From: Basidiobolus meristosporus CBS 931.73
Lineage: Eukaryota > Fungi > Basidiobolomycota
Assembly: GCA_002104905.1 (NCBI GenBank)
Contig: MCFE01000771.1
Location: forward strand, 1-37,589
Length of the DNA stretch: 37,589 bases
Direction of reading: 5' to 3'
In this document: piece after piece, positions 1 through 13,790 of the stretch
Numbering within the stretch: position 1 is the first letter of the stretch
Layout of the letters: each line of letters begins with the position of its first letter
Made by a program: the position numbers and the translations under genes
Notes under the pieces: model-generated
What the model was told of the DNA's origin: nothing
The model's database searches: none
Seen by the model: the letters and a program-made list of their open reading frames with translations, nothing else

Positions 1-229
1 TAATCTACTGGAGTACACTACTTGATATTAAGTCCAATGACGGAGGAGAGGGGTTATATAGTGATGAATCTTTGCACTTTTTTGCGGAATTGCCCATATA
101 TTCGACAATCTTCTGGGTTAGTATCATATTCTTCCTGCCACGCATCACTCTTGTATGCTCCCTTGATATTGTCATTGATAATTAATTCCTGTTTGCGATA
201 TCCAGCACATGAAGGATGGATTGTAAAAA

Positions 230-301
230 TGCCTACTGCCAGGATTGAACTGGCGACCTTCAGTTTACGAGACTGACGCGCTACCACTGCGCTAAGCAGG
301 C
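230..301 (-). tRNA. tRNA-Thr(CGT), intronless
   Basis: Reverse complement folds as a cloverleaf: acceptor GCCTGCT/AGTAGGC, D arm GCGC-AGTGGTA-GCGC, anticodon stem TCAGT/ACTGA with loop CT-CGT-AA, T arm GCCAG-TTCAATC-CTGGC, discriminator A. A T5 Pol III terminator follows immediately (225-229). Confidence 0.96.
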
Positions 302-2017
302 AAGCTCGATCTACTATGATTTAAATCATAACTCCCCATTACCGATCACTTGAACACTATTGATCGACCACTTCGAAATTGCACACTGACGATCAACCAC
401 TTTCAATGACAACACCGGTTATTTAATGCATCTCGAACCCTACTTTTGGAAGCTTGCCCTACATTATCGGAAGCCCTCCTCCCAAGGCTATCTCTGTATA
501 AGCACTTCTAACTACTATCGATAAAGCATCAACTTTCACAGGCTTATCAGTCCTTCAAATATCCTCTGCTTACCCTCTATTTACAACAGATCGGGCTGCA
601 GAGTAAAACATCATGCTAAAAGTTAAAACGTGGAACCGAACAAAAAAGATTCTTTGAAGAAATTGGCTGTGTGTAAAAGTCACTCTCTGCTTGGGAGAAT
701 AACTACTTGAGTAATAAGATCATTCAAAATTTATGGGAGACAGCAATGTATGGTAGGGCCAGGGCACTATTATAATACCATCATTGCAAAAACATATCAT
801 CTATGGGAGATTCTAACTACTCATATGGACTTCCTATACAACATTTGAACTTTCCAGTCCTGTCACCTGGACACCGCTGAAAAGCTAAACCTTTTACTGT
901 CCAAATAATCCTGCCAATGGCAGTTGAGGTAGGAATGAATGTGTTTAGCTTATTTCTTCTGAAAAGTAGCAAGTTTGACCAAAGTTGGATATTTGCTGAA
1001 TTTCCAATGGTATTTGGATAGTCACCACTAATGATCACCTATAGTGGTCAGACACTGGATTACTGTTCATAACTTGCTAATTTGCTTGGATATATCTGAA
1101 ATCCCTCATCATCAAAATGCTTCTGACCCTAACCCTACTATGAGCACAAGACGCTCATTTACTCAGTTTCCTCTAAATGTGTAAAAATCTTGGTATTCTC
1201 TCTCTGAAAGTGGGATTTTCAAGCACTTGTATTTGGCTAGTTATTGTGTACAAGTGTGAATGAGTATACATTCATTGTCCAGAAAATTCAATATTTTCCC
1301 GGTTACTATAGTACCTCCAATGCATATTATACTATATGCATTGATCATGAAGTCATTGTTACTATCCTTCTGGGCAGCTGACAAAACTCATCCCACAAAA
1401 CTAGCTGAATAGGGATCTAGGGCTGGCAATACCGCCAATAGATCTCTTTGCTATCATTGTTGCATGAGCAACACCTGCATCTTGATGTGAATGTGTTAGC
1501 AGCAAGCTTTACTGGAGGAATACATGTGGATTGAGAGTCCATCTAGCGTTAGTTAAAGGCATGGTTGTGTATACCTTCAAGAAGCCCTTATCTGTTATTT
1601 CTTGATAATTCCTATCAAATTGGAATTGGAGTCCACCATTATGTTACTTCAGGCGCATATTGCCTCAAAAGCAGAGCAGTGGTTAGTTGGCGGTTGAAAA
1701 CCATATGTGCAGCATGATCTGGTAGGCTGTTGTGTGAGAACCAAACCTTATGGTCATATCTTCCGGTTGTAGGCTGGGATCAAAATACATGCAAAAGACG
1801 GACACAAACCCCACCTTCGAGAATAGAACAACAAGCATTGGGATTGTTATAGCCGGAATGAGTACCTGAAAGCAATACAGAAACTTATGGTGATGTTGGC
1901 ACCTAATCCAATCCCCCAAACAGGTTTTTGAAACTTGCTATCTCTACAATAGAGGACCTTCTCTGACCATGTAGTTTACTTTACCTACCAAGCCAACATA
2001 ACACCAACCACGGCAGC

Positions 2018-3468
2018 ATGGTGGGGTATTTGCTGGCGATACTTGCATATTCTATTTTGGTTAATCCAACTTTCATCTAGGCCTCTGAGTTTGAAGCAAT
2101 AATAGTTGGCGCTGGTGTTGTGGACCTCGCTTCAGTACTCGCCCTAGCCAAAGAAGGTAGAAGAGTAATACTGATTGGTAAGAGGACGCTCGACTCCGCC
2201 GTACAAACCTGGCTAGTCTCACGGGGCTCCAATAGAAAAGAAGTGGAAGGGGCCGGACAGGGTTGTTGCTAAGCATGGTCATGAAAGACACTCCAATACC
2301 GAGGCTGAACCACGTCTCGTTCATCCTGTCCGAGTATGCTCTATGCTACATGTACCCGGTAAGTACGTTTCGATGAGTCCGCAATCAGTTGGACTGGCCT
2401 TGATGTCAGATCGGCCATGACGAAGTACACATTTTCGTGAGCATACAAGGAAGGGTGCCAGGTATCGCCAGTGGCGAGATGAAGGTATGTACGACCGCCT
2501 GTTTCTGCGTGGGTCGTGCTTAACCTGCTTCGAAAAGAGCTGCCTACTGGAGCGAATCCAAGTAACAGTCAGGTTTGCCGGTGGTTGCAATCCATTCCTT
2601 CCTGATAATCTTACATAGATAGGGCTCAAGGAGGCGGTTGAGTGCGGTCAGCTACGCTCCATGACTACTAGCGCCCTTCCACCTACCGGTAGCACTGACC
2701 ATGGATTGATCTTCATGACATGAGACATCCCGTGACCGGAAGTGAGTACTTTCCTGTTTACCTGATCCCCCCCCCACCGCTACCACCATCACTAACGCAC
2801 GGACCAGCGGGGTTGACCATCGCGTTCTGGGATATTGTTCATATTGCCGACCTGCTCTCCCCAAAGGACGTTCCAGATTTACGGGACACGGCATTGGTGG
2901 CGGCGCAGATGAGAGTGCACCACTAGCTTCGGAAATCACGTGTATCGTCGATGGACATCCTCACTATGGCGTTGTACCATCTATTCTCCGTCTCCGCCTC
3001 GGCGAATTGCAAGTGACTGCTCGATCCCCCATGCGTGCCAACCACATCTGACCCTCCGAGCTCTCCTCAGTGCAGCTGGGAACTTTCGGATGTTGCAGGA
3101 AATGTCGCTGGACTATTTCCAACTGGGTAGGGTGACCGTCTCCGGACCGTTGGGGGGTGGCCTTGGGGTAAGTGGGCGTCTACCATATCAATGCTCTTTG
3201 CCAGACTCACGAATCTCCTTCCACCCACACAAGCCTGAATCCGAACCCACTGGTTCTGGCAGCCCGCATCTGTGCCATCCTGATCTACAGGATCGTCTCC
3301 CGAATCCTGCTGGTCCCGTTGCGGGGGAAGGACAACCCGGCGGGGGGACCTCTCCCCCGGGCCATACTCGTTCTACTCTATCTTCCGATGAACATTACCA
3401 GGACGGTCGGGGTGATCTACACTGCGTGCACCATCTTTCTCCCCATTATCATGGATGAACTGCGCTGA
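2018..3468 (+). pseudogene. ERG1: Squalene epoxidase (ERG1/SQLE) unprocessed pseudogene
   Basis: Hand splicing (introns ~2021-2080, 2178-2235, 2359-2409, 2742-2807 and others) gives EAIIVGAGVVDLASVLALAKEGRRVILIEKKWKGPDRVV, IGHDEVHIFVSIQGRVPGIASGEMK, QLRSMTTSALPP, MRHPVTGTGLTIAFWDIV..VPDLRDT..VHH*LRKS..ALYHLFS, DYFQLG..SGP and a C-terminal YTACTIFLPIIMDELR*, all matching fungal Erg1 motifs. Lesions: GxGxxG>D (2123), a frameshifting deletion near 2265-2280, loss of the GDA motif with frameshift near 2715, and TAG at 2924. The start codon is tentative. Confidence 0.9.
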
Positions 3469-4183
3469 CCCTTATCGAGATTTGTCCCCAATTTACCGAC
3501 CACCCGAATAAATCCCATTCGAGGGCCGCCTCTTTACCTGTTGGTCAAGTCAAGACCTGATTGATTTGCTCCGTCGATGAGGGGGGGGGGGGTACAAACA
3601 ATAGCATGAGCATCTCCACAGCACGGGTGTGTGGTGTGGGGATTCTCGTATGGCTGGCAGGGGTTGTCTCCCGAAAGGAGTATTCGGTTCGTTCAGCCCC
3701 TCCCGTTCACGACCAGGTGGTTGGTAGGTCTCACATAAAAGTAGGGAATGTGGGATGTCTGGCGGGATTCGGAGGCCACCACATTGTGTTTATCGCAGTT
3801 TTACCTCAACAACCAAGGGGGCCCTCTTTCTCATCTCGCATGCACTTTCGCCTTTCACGCCTACCGACCCAAGCAACAGCCAGTCGCTAGCCAGGCAGAT
3901 ATGATGCTGATGATTGTTGTCTAACTTAGAAGAATCCCAACCATGACAACACTGCTACTGGTATGAACATTGGATTTTTATGAGGGGTTGCGCGTTTCAA
4001 GTACAGCCACGATTCTAAACTATAGATCGGATATCCGACCGATGATAAGACGAAACGATAAAGCTTTATGAAATAACAATAAAAAATGATTTGGGTGGGG
4101 GAATGGTGGTGATGTTGATGGTTAAAGAAGGTGGTGGTGGTGGTGGAGGAGGAAGGAGGGGAAGGATATACTAAGATTTACAC

Positions 4184-7100
4184 TCAGGAACTTTTAGATC
4201 TATTGGCGTCGGCCGTGGTGAAGACAGACATGATGAGACTCTGGTTGTCGGGAGAGATGCTTTGCGTGAGCACCTGGTAGGAAGCAGGGTTCACTTGCTG
4301 AAGCTTCTGAATGGTATCCTGGAAGGAGATGTAGACATCCACGCTGTCGAGCGGGGATTCGAATAACACCTCTTCCTCGAGCTCCTCCTCATCCTCGAAG
4401 TCGTCATCTGGAAGGTGAGCAGCCGCTTGCTGACTCAAATAATCCAGGTACTCCTTGTCTTCGCCAACAACGTCGCCGTCCTCACACTCGTCCTCGATCT
4501 CCAACTCATCATCGAAGTCCTCAAGGTCCCCGTCCATGCGTGCGAACATGTCATCCTCGTCGTCCATGCCCTCGCCGTACAACTTCTCCATACGTTTGCG
4601 ATTCTCTATGGCCTTGGGCAAGCTTCTGAAGACATTGAGAACCCCCTCCATGAGTTGGCTCCAGACTGGCTGCAACGAGGCGGGAATCTGGTCGTTGGGG
4701 AGTTCAATGAGCGCGCAGAGGGCAACGATGGTAAGCTTCTTGTCGTGGACTCTGGAGAACTTCTCCAAGTTTTGGAACCAGAGGGTGAAGAAGCGAGTGG
4801 TCAATCCTTGCTCCTCAAGGGTGCGGAGGGTCAATGCTGGGTTATAGTAAATGCAATTGACGACCACCTCAAGGCAGTGCACCAACAAAGCGCTGGTTTG
4901 AATGGCGTTCTCGTTGAAGAGGTAGGTACAGGCCAATCCCAAGAGAGGTGGGATGAACGCATCGACACCGCCACGGCAGTTCAACAACAATGACTCGGCG
5001 AGCTTGCATGCGCAAACACGGTCGTTCTCCCCAACTCTGTCGCTCTTCATGACGGTGTCAATGATGTCGAATACCTTGTGCTGGGCATCAGGGTTGGACA
5101 TGAACACCTCCTTTCCGTAGGAGATGAAGTTGTCCAAGGATGGGAGCATCTCCTCCATGAAATCGATACCACTGTCCTTGAATGAATGGTAGATTAGATC
5201 GAACACACCCCACATGGTGGGGGATACGGTCTTGCTGGAGAAGGTGCAGCAATCGATGATTTCGAAGATCTCGTCGTAAAGATCGATGATTTGCTTCTCG
5301 AGGGTGTAACGAATGACTGGCATCAAGGTTTGCTCCAGCTGGGCAAGGAGCTCGGGGGTGCTTTCCAAACTCAAGATCAAGGTGCCAATGGTCTTCAACA
5401 CGCCCATGGCTGCCATGGTCTTGTCACCCATATCGTCCATGTCAATGGCTCCATTATCGATATCGATTTGGCTGGTGTTCTGGGTGACCTCCTCCATGAT
5501 ACGGAGGAAGGTATCTCTCATCTGCTCACAGAGTTGGTTGGCAAAGGGCGCCAATTGCTCAGCAAACACTTCGACAAACTCCTCCATGACGTTGGCCAGG
5601 GTATCGATGTCGATCTGGTTGGTCAATGACAAGAACTCGTTCATGATTTGAGGAACGTGAGGAACGATGGCTTCACGCACAAGCTCATGACGAATCATGG
5701 GCTGGATGGCCAAAGCGGCGTACACCTTGACAGGAAGCTCGGAATCACGGAGACAGTCCAGAAGAGACTGGAAAGCGATGGCGACGTTGTCTTGGTTTTG
5801 GAAATCCAAGTCCGAGAACTTGTTCATGATGTCGCAGGCTCTGGCTCTCAAGAAAGGATAGGATCCTCTGAACTCGGGGAAAACGTGGGTGACAAAGAAG
5901 CTCTCCATTTGCGACTCGAGTCCAGATTTCTTGCGCAAAATAGTGTGGGAGAGGCAACCGATCATGCAGAGAGCACCATCCTTCTGTCTGGCCAGGTTAG
6001 GGTCAGTGGGGTTCTCGGCGTACTTGTTGAGAACAGTGTTGGCAAAGCCCAAGATACCCATGAAGGTGTGCTTCTTTCTGTCGCGGACAAGATCAATCAA
6101 GAGATTCATGCAAGCAGTGACAGGGGAGCGGAAATCTTCAAGAGGGTCCACCTTCTTGTGAACAAACTCAACGGGATCCTCGGCCCACAAGGCTTGGTCC
6201 TCCTCCTTGTAGCAAAGCTCAGGGAAGATGAAATGAGCCACGATGGATTCCATGTGAGGCTTGAAGATTTGCCAAGTGGACTTGTGCTTGATGCAGTCGC
6301 TATAGAACATGGCCAAGAGGTAAATGATCTTCTTGCTCAACCACGCTTTTCCGGAGATGTAAGCTTCGGTTTGAGCCAAGTAAGTGTTGAGAATGTTGGG
6401 AGCGAAATGCTGGATGAAGTTCTTGGCAAAGTTGCTGTACTTGGTAGCAGTAGCAGGAAGGAGAGCAGGGTTTCCGTATCTGCTAAACAATCTGTTCAAG
6501 CAGTGGTAGGCCCATTTCTTGGCCTTCCACCAGATGTACTTCTCTCTGTCCTCGACATCAGCTGGCTGATTGGGAACGGCCTTCTCAACCAACTGAAGGA
6601 AGAGACTTCCCCATTGGATGAGCGAGTCGTTCTGTTGCTGGGCCTCACTGAGATCGTACTGAAGAAATATCGGTCAGTTAGCTGATGAACTTGAACACCC
6701 GTCACCTGATTGGAATACTTTACCTGAATCGAGCAGTAGTAAGTCTTGAGGATAGTCTTCAACATCTCAGCAGCTTCGAGACTCTCGCTGGCGGCCAGCG
6801 ACGCTGCGATTGTTTGGAGAGTAGGGAAGGCATGCTTGATGATATCCAAAAGAGGACCGCGCTTATCTTGGGACTTCCATTGGTAAATCTTGACAACCTC
6901 ATGGAGAGCAGTAAGTCCACCGTAAACCGCACGGTGATCGTTAGAGTTGAGAAGCTCTTGGACTTGAGGCAAATAGCCAGCCCAGTTATCAGGGAACTCT
7001 TGAGATAGGATGGTTCCTAAACAAGCAGTAAGCTGGACCCTACAAGACGAAACCGGTGAGCCGGGGCCCATAGTGAAGTTTACGCCACAGACAAGCATAC

Positions 7101-7537
7101 CTGATCATGGGTGGGGCAGGGACAAGAACTCTAAGAATGTTGTTCTTGACATTGTCTTTGTCTCCGGGGGAGATGCCGTTCTGTTCAGCGGATAAAGTCC
7201 AAGCCTTGCGGACGCGGTTTTTAAAGTAGATGGTCACTGGGGACGAAAAAAGAGCAGGTGAGCAGAGAGCATATGGAAGCGGTGACTTGCAAGGTATTTA
7301 CCAGCTTGTCTAACGGGCAATTCCGATTCCTCCGAACCGATGATTTGCAGGAAAAGGGAGAGGATGGTGGGGTTGCTCTCGACCTACGTTCAGCATTATA
7401 TCAGCCACGGCAACGAAAGAGAAATACAATACAGGGTTGAACATACCTCCTTTAGTCTATGCTCCGCCTCCTTACGGACATTTAGGGTCTGGATGATAAG
7501 TAGCTGCGAAGAGCTGATACACAGTTTGAATATCCAT
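4184..7537 (-). CDS. NMD5: Importin-7/8 family karyopherin (Nmd5/Sxm1-like), 5 exons, apparent +1 frameshift in exon 1
   Basis: Exons 7537-7447, 7383-7302, 7236-7101, 7039-6724, 6658-4184. IBN_N start MDIQTVYQLFAATYHPDP/NVRKEAE, then VRQAVTIYFKNRV, WWKAKKWA, QKDGAL, FLRARAC and an acidic C-terminal loop. Exon 1 is 91 nt but exon 2 requires phase 0. Confidence 0.92.
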
Positions 7538-8270
7538 AGTAGGTCAGATAATTTATTATTAAGAGTAGTGGTAAGTAAAATTACACAGAAAATAAGGGGG
7601 GAAATATTAAAAGGAAAGCGTGCGGTGGTCAAGGAATTCGAAAGGAATCGCAAGTAGACCGCTGAATAACCGGACGATTTTATGGAAGGCAGAGCCTGAA
7701 GAAAATCAGCCGTTCTAGGGACGCACTCTCGCTCGTAATCGACCATTTTCCGGCTCACCCGAAACTAAAAAAGAAAAAAAAATTGCAAAAAAAATCCATT
7801 CTGAGCTCTGAGCCCTCCATCTGAGCCGTTCATTGCGATAATCCAGTGCAACCTTGAGCATTCAATCATCACGGCAAGATGGGTGTACATCATGAGTTTT
7901 GTTTAATGAGTTGGCTTACTATGGACAGCCATGTGACCTGAGGTGTCCTGCTTAACTTTGTGTATAAATAGCGGGATTAAGGCTGCTTAATTTAAGCAGA
8001 CTAACCCGTATTAATCAGGTTCTACCTCACATAGGTAGGGAGAGACGTAATGCATACAAACCAAATCTTAGGTTGTTCTATGGCTTCTAGAAGGATATGA
8101 GAAAGTGACACCTGTCTCATTCACCCTGATGATCCCTGGATCATTTGTAATTGAATGGGCCCAAGGAATCAAAGGCCAACTATCTGACATTAAATAGGGA
8201 AGAGAAGACCAATGATCCAACATTAAGCCTACGCTTTCCAGCTGCACTCTCCTTCCCACATTAACACATA

Positions 8271-8930
8271 ATGAATACCATGCTAGGCCATGATATGCCT
8301 CACCATGATATGCCTGGCCACGATATGCCTGGCCATGATATGTGCTCGATGCAGGCAAGTACTATAAGTTCCTTCAAGGTAGTCTACCTGAAGCATTTCT
8401 AACGTATAGTAGATGGTCTTCAACTGGGATATAAGTAATCTCTGTGTGGTCTTCAACTGGTGGCGCATCAACTCCGTTCCAACTTTAATGGTTTCTATAA
8501 TCCTTGTGTTTGCATTATCCGCGTCGTATGAGATGCTTCGTGACTACACACGTTCGTTCGAACAGCGTATCATAACAAAGCACCAGGCTTCAGCCACCGA
8601 GGAAGAAAGTCCAGAGAGCGCAGAATCGAACGAGAGTCTCCTGAATTCAGGAAGCTACAAATATATTTGGTGGGTTTGCTTCGCTTCGCTTTTGTACAAA
8701 GTTGCTTGTGCTAACGGCGAGACTTTCAACGAAACAGGCTTACTCCCAAGGAGAAAATCCAACGAGTTCTGTTGTACTCTATTCAAGTGTTCCTGTCCTT
8801 CTTCCTCATGCTGGTGTTCATGACTTACAACGGGTACTTGATTATCTCGGTGGTGTTGGGCGCCAGCGCTGGTTTTTACATATTCGGTGGAGACAGGCTT
8901 TCTGCAGTCAAATCCTTGTCATGCCATTGA
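8271..8930 (+). CDS. Ctr-family copper transporter (Ctr2-like), 3 exons
   Basis: Exons 8271-8354, 8413-8669, 8738-8930. His/Met-rich N-terminus, CSMQMVFNW, TM2 MLVFM (MxxxM), TM3 GASAG (GxxxG), C-terminal SCH*. Intron 1 is GC-AG. Confidence 0.93.
8286..8342 (+). repeat. 15-bp coding tandem repeat (~4 copies) encoding (G/H)HDM(P) Mets-like motifs
   Basis: GGCCATGATATGCCT CACCATGATATGCCT GGCCACGATATGCCT GGCCATGATATG in Ctr exon 1. Confidence 0.9.
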
Positions 8931-9018
8931 GAGGAGAGGGTTGTTTTCTGTATCACCTGCAAGGAATATACGTTTGCAAATAAAGAATATACACCCGATG
9001 GATGCTGTGATACTTTAA

Positions 9019-10529
9019 TTAGCTGAATATTTCTCGATTTTTACAAGCCCCGTAGTTGCGATGTTGAGGCAACACCTGCTGGTCTGGCATCACAGAACTG
9101 GATGGCCCTGCAACCAGATTGGCGTCCGAGTTGGGTTCTCCGCAGTCACCACTATTTGCCGGCCCATCTCGATCAAATTCAACGCCCCGCCGACGAGCAT
9201 CCCACCATAGACAGGCGTAAGCCACCATGCCCGCGACGAATCCAACTCCATCGTTCTTGAAAGTCATCAGCATTCCGCCCGACACAAGAACGATCAGGAA
9301 GTTTCGATTACGAGTGGCCTGGGAGTCCGTTGGCTGGGCGAAATTCCGCGCGGCCATGGCTAGCTCCAACCCACTAAAAAACAGCATCACTCCAAGGAAT
9401 GACTTGGGGAAGTACTGGAGAAGCCCAAGGAACGATCCCCCGAATATGAACCCGGTCAGCATCTTGCAAATCCCTAGGAATATGATGCTGACCTCGCTAC
9501 GAGCTCCAAATCGGTATTGTCCCGCCAAGCCACCTGAGCCATGGCAGAATGGCATGCTCCCGAAGAAACACCCAGTTAGATTCATCAGCCCTACACATGT
9601 CGCAACCGATGTTGTGGTGGTCTTGTTCTCTGGGAAGAGCTCTCGAACCAGTGCCACCAACGCAATCACAGAGTTCAACGTTGTCAACGGCAGTTGGCCA
9701 AGGCCGGCGCTCAGCATCCCGTGGACGAATTCGTTCGGTGTGGGTACCACCAGCCCAGGGTAATAAAAGCCAGGCGTAGGTGCAGGGGTCGCCGTGGCTG
9801 AAGTGTACAAAACTACAATAGCGAACGCCAGCCCGGTTACGAAAATAATCATGGCCGTGGGAATACGTCGCTGGTGGTAGAGTAGGAACACCACGCAGAA
9901 CCATGCAATCGCCCATTCATAGTTGTCATGCCATTTCCAACCTGGCCCGCCCCAAGGGGTCTCGATTTTAAACAGCAGGTCGGTTCCTGCCTTGGTCATC
10001 AAAGTGAGCCCAGTGCCCATTTGAATGCCACGAACCACTGCGCTGGGCGTATACTTATTGACGAGGTGGATGGTCCGGGTTATGCCAAGAAACAGCACTA
10101 CACTACTGACGAATATCCCGGCCCCCATAATCTCGCCCATGGTCAATTTACTAGCAAGCGCAATGGCACCAATAGCTTCACAAAAGAGAAGGTTCATAGG
10201 TAGTAAAGGGTGAGCTGACTTGTACCAAAGGAGTAGGGGCAGAGTGGGTGCTTACTTTTCATCGGCTGTACGCACATGGGAATCCCGAATTTCAACCCTG
10301 TCACGATGTTCCACAAACCGCCAAAGATCAGTGTGGAGGTCAAGGAGATCTGACCGGTGAGTGAGAGGGACACCATAAGTGGGACCAACGTGCCCACATC
10401 ACCAAGACTTCCACTGATTTCGCTCAGTGTGAAGTTTTTTCTATAATGCCTCAGCTTACTTCGGATAAAATCATTCATGAATGCAGTTGCAAGAGGGCGA
10501 ATAAACGCTCGGAATATATATGGCTCCAT
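9019..10529 (-). CDS. MOT1-family molybdate transporter (SLC26-related), 2 exons
   Basis: Exons 10529-10256 and 10175-9019. Motifs EISGSLGDVGT, PMCVQPMK, GQLPLTTLNSVIA, MPFCHGSGGLAGQYRFGARS, FPKSFLGVML; about 10 hydrophobic segments. Confidence 0.92.
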
Positions 10530-11003
10530 GGAGCCTCGTTTCGCAGGGGACTCCAAGTCCTAGGGGCTGTTGTCTGAGTGATGGGTGGTATTCTGTTAAT
10601 CATTTTACCATGCCGTGTGGTGCGCGGGTATTTGAAGATCCCTTAGTATAATATTTTATTATTTATTACTATATATGAGGTTGGCCGTAACACCGATGAT
10701 CAATATGGATCGACTATATGTAGTAATCACCCGTTTTGTTACCAAATCAATGGATGTGTCGAAGAGTGAGAAAGCACCAATTGAGTGTAGTGTAGAAGAG
10801 TGAGGAGTTTATTATGACTTAGTACCAATTGTTAAATAATCAATGAATTCCAAACAAAAATGGCTTTCACGATGCTACGATGGTGTTCAAAATATCCATA
10901 GAGAATATGGCGGAAGGTAGATATAAGCATACCATGGATGGGAGTATCGCCGAAAGCTTCTTTGCTGACAAAAGATATCCACGAATTGATGGACAATTGG
11001 GAG

Positions 11004-11028
11004 TATATATCATATATATATATATATA
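11004..11028 (+). repeat. (TA)n microsatellite just 3' of DED1
   Basis: tatatat-c-atatatatatatatata. Confidence 0.85.
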
Positions 11029-11059
11029 CCGTTATAATACTTGTTTACGTCGAGTTCCT

Positions 11060-12936
<1,877 letters not shown>

Positions 12937-13420
12937 GGGGTTTCTGATGTTGACCATTTTATGATGATGATAATGCACTTGATTGATTGATGACTACTCT
13001 GTGTCGAGGGGTAGAGTATTTATAGGGCCATCTCTAGGGCCATCGGAGAAATGAAGCATAGAATGGGTTTGGGATGGGTTTTAGGAAGAATTTGATGATC
13101 AGATTGTGGAATATCGCATACATCCAAAGAATTACTTCATACAGAACTCAAACAAGCAAGCCAAATATCTCCATGTACGAATGAAGAATAGAAAAATTGA
13201 TGCATCGTATGATAAAAGATCATGTCTTCGGAATGAAGTGCCAGCTGCCGTACCATGCCTTAGTACACATCTGGTCTTCCTAGGCTATCTTTCTGACGAT
13301 GCGTTACAACCCTGGGCATTTCTGTTTCATGAAGATGTTTCCAATCTGAGTCATGTTCCGCCAGTGCGGGTTATGGTTGTGTGCTTGAATCCGTCTCGTA
13401 TATTCCCGCAACCAGGATAC

Positions 13421-13441
13421 ACCACCACCACCACCACCACC
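13421..13441 (+). repeat. (ACC)7 microsatellite
   Basis: Direct reading; intergenic. Confidence 0.85.
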
Positions 13442-13790
13442 GCCACCGCATACTTCTTCGATTGCAGATCAGTCGGATAGATCTACATGTGTGTAAATCA
13501 GGAATCTTCCGGGATTTTGCTAGCAGTATCCTATGCAAGTATTATGCGGAAACACATTAGGGCTAATTAAGATTCCGGCAAATAAAGTTAAACTTGTGAG
13601 AGATTATGATCTGAATGTCACCATCACACCCAGTGATTGGTTGGATGGCATATGAAGTATGACTGAATGCCCATATATGTCAATTACATCAATGTGAACC
13701 CTGCCACTGACTCGACTGCCTCTTCCTCCTACCTGAACTCTCTGTCTACAAGCTGTAAATATCACCCTGCTCTGTTAGCTCTGTGCAAGC

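Noticed and set aside
22-287. Two short opposing ORFs at the window start
   Set aside because: They overlap the tRNA gene and have no recognisable motifs.
2720-2926. LRDTALV as a tyrosine-recombinase (Crypton/DIRS) motif
   Set aside because: The segment is fully explained as the Erg1 C-terminal region.
5648-6685. 345-aa and other + strand ORFs over the importin gene
   Set aside because: Antisense shadows of a GC3-rich coding strand; no motifs.
7840-8270. Mac1/Cuf1-type copper response elements upstream of Ctr
   Set aside because: Only partial matches (TGAGCA, GCTG); no full TTTGCTCA consensus seen.
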